NCBI GenBank assembly: GCA_964554645.1
Contig: CAZKPK010000002.1
Coordinates: forward strand, 1,788 to 65,787
Direction of reading: 5' to 3'
Length of the DNA stretch: 64,000 nucleotides
Source of the DNA: an uncultured Candidatus Saccharibacteria bacterium
GTDB lineage: Bacteria > Patescibacteriota > Minisyncoccia > Phycocordibacterales > UBA9973
The stretch's first letter is position 1. Each line of letters opens with the position of its first letter. The translations under genes and the position numbers were made by a program. Below are positions 61,701-64,000 of this stretch, in pieces. Below the pieces are notes generated by a model. The model worked only from the letters and a program-made list of their open reading frames with translations. It was not told the origin of the DNA and searched no databases.

Positions 61701-64000
61701 CGGGGAGCGGGAGCCACTTCCAACTATCATGTGGAATTTTTAGCCAGCGCTTCCGTTCCGGCTACCGGCCAAATTGTTCTGACTTTCCCCGCCGGCTTTA
61801 CTCTGGCGAACGCCGCAGCGGTAAGTACGGCGAATAGTTTTTGCAATGCAGATTTAAATGGTCCGGCCACCGGTGTTCCGCTCATTGATACCGTGGTTGG
61901 CAATAATGACGCGGGGACTGTGACTATTACCACTACCGCCGCGGCCGCTACTGGCGCTAATGCCTTTTTGTGTCTGGACCTTTCCGGTATTGTCAATTCA
62001 ACAGTGCCTTCAAGCAGCGGTTATACCGTTACTATTCAGACTAAAAATACCGCCACCGCTAACCGAGCCACTCTGCAGAATATAACCACCGCGTCTTTCT
62101 ATCTAGGAACAGCCGGTACTCGCACCTTGACGGTGAATGTATTTAAAGACGCCAACAGCAATGGCACTAATGATGATAATGAAGGAATAGATGGTGTTAC
62201 TGTTTATTTATTTTCTCCGGCTACCGGCGGGCAGGAAGCAACTACGGCCACTAATGTAATTGAAGGCAAGGCAACATTCTTAAGTTTGGCTGACGGCGAT
62301 TATATGATTGGATTAAAGCCGACGGATGCGATTAATGTGGCCTTTAATTCCGCGCCCCAACCTTTTACAGTTTCGGCTACTAGTTTAACCAAAAACTTTG
62401 CCTTGAGTAATGCGGTGGCTAAAACTATTTCCGGGACGATTACGGTTGCTAGCGGATTAAATAATACCAAAGTTGACGTGTTTGCCTCTTCTCCCAATGG
62501 CTTTGCTAAAAAGACTCTCACTTTACTTACCGGTTCCAATAATTATTCTCTGCCGGTCAACACCAATACTTCTTACAATATCGGAATAGGTCCTTATATG
62601 CCGGAATCTTCCTTCACTCCCGGTTCTCCGCCTCCACCACCTCCAGACTTCACTTTTATGCCGCCACCGAATCTTCAAGTGGCAGTGGCTTCTGCGAGCG
62701 TAACTGGTCAGAACTTTACTTTATCAACTGCTAATAAGTTTATTACCGGAACGGTAGTTGATTCTTCGGGTACTGGAATATCCAATGCTGGTCTATTTTG
62801 CCGTCCTGTTTCCAGTTCAACAACCGGAGGCACATCGGGTGGTTTCGGCACGGGCGGACAGACCAATACCAGCGGAGCATTTTCTCTTAAAACAATAGAA
62901 GGAGTTTACCTCTGCGGAGTCTTCAAACCGGGTATGCCGCCGGTTGCCGAGAAACAAATCACCGTTGGAGCGCTCGCCAATACTCCAACTACGCTAGCTT
63001 TCGTGCTTGATGCCGCCACCACTTTGACTATCACTGGAACTATCAAAGATGATTCAGGCAATGCTATTCCTTACGCCGGAGTTTCCGGCCGCAAGGTTGT
63101 TTCTACTTCCAACACCACAGCCGTAGGAGGCGATAGCGGAAACTTTGTCGGCGGACCGACTGATGCTAATGGTGCTTACACTTTGTATGTTTCTGCCGGC
63201 ACATGGGTTGTGGAAGCTTTTGCTCCGGGATTCGGGCGTTTGGGAACCAAGACTATTACCATTACTACCAGCAGTTCTTCCGGTCAGGATTTCTCCGCGC
63301 AAAACTTAGCTATGGGAACTATTACTGGTACGGCTACGCAAGCATTAACTGCGGTGCAGGGTGTAATGGTACGGGCGGAAAGTTCTGATCAAACCAGCGG
63401 CAATATGGCTGTTTCCGGCTCGGACGGCACTTACAGTATCAAGGTTCCAGCCGGCACCTACTCGCTTGTTTGTTATTTCCCGGGAGTGGGTGAAGGCACA
63501 CCAGTAACTGGAATTACTGTCACAGCCAACACTACTACTTCTGGTAAAAATTGCACGCAATTAGCTCCTATCACTATCACAGTTAATGTTACTGACGGAA
63601 CTAATGCTATTGCCAATGCCGGGGTGGAAGTTCGCGACTCCAGTGGCCGCGGCAACTTTACTTCTACTTCAACCACTACGGGTGCCAATGCTGTTTATAC
63701 TCTGACTGTTCCGCCCGGCACTTACACAGTTCGTGTAGGTCATCCGGCTTACGGCAGTGTGGGAACAACCACTGGTGTTAACACTACGCGCACAATTACC
63801 TATACGGCCTCCGCTGGAGTGCTATACGCCGTGACTGGAACAGTGACCGGCGATGGTACGGCGCTTTCCGGGGCTTGGGTGTCTTTGAATGGCACACCGA
63901 CCGGACAGACCAATACTATATTCTTAGGCGGGCAAACTATTGCAAACGGAACATTCAGTATTAGCGTGCCACCGGGCATATACAAAGTTCGCGCGGACAA
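58701..64000 (+). CDS. giant secreted surface (S-layer/adhesin-like) protein; 5' end present, runs off the window end (more than 1766 codons)
   Basis: Frame 0 from the ATG at 58701 is open to position 64000; this was checked codon by codon at multiple points, and the track lists no frame-0 plus-strand ORFs here. It has a signal peptide (MKKIFSRFCFAVILLIIFSFSFFNISDA) and repeated bacterial Ig-like modules (DTTAPTV...NPANGATGV..., SGNAL). Later there are carboxypeptidase-regulatory-like beta-sandwich repeats (GTVVDSSGTGISNAGL..., TGTIKDDSGNAIPYAGV...). All track ORFs in this span are antisense or off-frame shadows. Confidence 0.75.
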   Translation, partial: MKKIFSRFCFAVILLIIFSFSFFNISDAIVTTLITDLTPLFGGQKLKASSDNTAVLKVQFGSDSNAETLTSIKVTFVSVTGCAGCWTSGAATSSELADLATTNGGIQLWKDAGAAGFQGQGTDTQVTLAATPQYASATTFIITPASAPTLTTDDIYFIVLKTDSTGLTHNNAFTIAVAANGDIITSASNPVITAVTSRTITIDTTAPTLTSASSFPANGATVPISTFPHMTFSEQLDQTTLTSANISLAAGSAVNGAIRLFPDGFDFVVSSPPTYAIGSRFAKLTTAATAFFQIAGTNPISPQGSYSAPVVGDIVISQRETFPAELGLVTASGLTSGTFAVNGFPAFNSQQITKVAIPAATGAVTASTVVTTGDIIVVNTTANPTSQRYDWHIVTTGAAVNHATDLRLDGASGVPAYVSGSRFSTIAPNDTSAINASNAVVGTANSGIDFVVGDLVFAKVTANADNLGVYAWHVVTTAQNITTDIAPTTLRLDGNTTGAPTFVASSQVSKITPAAQGIAEGAGVDTATAFSLGDIVLAKTTANASNNNAYNFHIINNGATGANSASLRFDNVPGNLITATTYTLTMTTGIKDSAGNPLAANNTVTFTTGSTSTTNTTPPFIQSSQPQSGSQTHPISAPIKLTFSVDMKTTDGNSGANSVTNPANVGLFTDNFGTPGTAIATTNTYDSASKTVTITPSTAMNSGVAANLTASTAYVVKVLPATQSSTGTAFPPTPPLPFKTPSGAADTTAPTVLGVNPANAATGAALGTVVTAGFSEDINPATITTSTVTLSGGITGTVTYNPQSRSASFAPSAALTANTSYTFTIVSGASGVKDLSGNALASNYTSTFTTTATADEVKPFLTFANADDFSVAVTFSEQVKSGGGPNAADNIANYTLESPVGSTIALGGKTVTYEAGTKTARITGLSLQNGATATYKVTVLPFVQDLAGNVMDDTNVPPPRNTQFGTVASASATGGQIGPGGGAIDASMQGMNPSRVMPMSRGAGATSNYHVEFLASASVPATGQIVLTFPAGFTLANAAAVSTANSFCNADLNGPATGVPLIDTVVGNNDAGTVTITTTAAAATGANAFLCLDLSGIVNSTVPSSSGYTVTIQTKNTATANRATLQNITTASFYLGTAGTRTLTVNVFKDANSNGTNDDNEGIDGVTVYLFSPATGGQEATTATNVIEGKATFLSLADGDYMIGLKPTDAINVAFNSAPQPFTVSATSLTKNFALSNAVAKTISGTITVASGLNNTKVDVFASSPNGFAKKTLTLLTGSNNYSLPVNTNTSYNIGIGPYMPESSFTPGSPPPPPPDFTFMPPPNLQVAVASASVTGQNFTLSTANKFITGTVVDSSGTGISNAGLFCRPVSSSTTGGTSGGFGTGGQTNTSGAFSLKTIEGVYLCGVFKPGMPPVAEKQITVGALANTPTTLAFVLDAATTLTITGTIKDDSGNAIPYAGVSGRKVVSTSNTTAVGGDSGNFVGGPTDANGAYTLYVSAGTWVVEAFAPGFGRLGTKTITITTSSSSGQDFSAQNLAMGTITGTATQALTAVQGVMVRAESSDQTSGNMAVSGSDGTYSIKVPAGTYSLVCYFPGVGEGTPVTGITVTANTTTSGKNCTQLAPITITVNVTDGTNAIANAGVEVRDSSGRGNFTSTSTTTGANAVYTLTVPPGTYTVRVGHPAYGSVGTTTGVNTTRTITYTASAGVLYAVTGTVTGDGTALSGAWVSLNGTPTGQTNTIFLGGQTIANGTFSISVPPGIYKVRAD

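Noticed and set aside
58679-64000. Thirteen minus-strand and two plus-strand track ORFs between 58679 and 64000 (for example 58679-59002, 60839-61090, 61727-61996, 60070-60297)
   Set aside because: All are antisense or off-frame shadows of a single uninterrupted plus-strand frame-0 ORF starting at 58701 and running off the window. Their low-complexity Ala/Val/Pro-rich translations are typical of shadow ORFs.

Overview
This is a 64-kb, gene-dense, AT-rich bacterial window. The gene content makes a small-genome Patescibacteria/CPR-like organism the most likely source; this is inference with no database support. The content is: a minor-pilin operon, tpiA-pgk, RecJ and RNase H, a ComEC locus disrupted by a toxin-antitoxin cassette, four aminoacyl-tRNA ligases, nucleotide-sanitation genes (dut, tmk, two NUDIX), RecA, RecO, FtsK, the rpsF-ssb-rpsR operon, EF-P, and from about 42.5 kb a GC-richer island of very large secreted cell-wall proteins. 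The last of these (58701 onward) runs off the window end and is absent from the ORF track. The main things beyond ordinary gene calls are: (1) a family of four paralogous PaaX-like winged-helix regulator genes, each bracketed upstream and downstream by its own paralog-specific palindrome-containing direct repeat, and each next to DNA-repair or nucleotide-hygiene genes; (2) a GC-rich four-hairpin structured element in four copies that shows compensatory stem changes and is a candidate small-RNA or repeat family; (3) several families of short GC-rich palindromic elements, some inserted in-frame inside essential genes (ileS, ftsK, a PIF1 helicase), as Rickettsia palindromic elements are; (4) an IleRS carrying an embedded histidine-phosphatase (PGM-like) domain; (5) three toxin-antitoxin remnants (HicAB, Phd/YefM with a frameshifted RelE, and an orphan DinJ). 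I found no CRISPR arrays, tRNA genes or rRNA genes.
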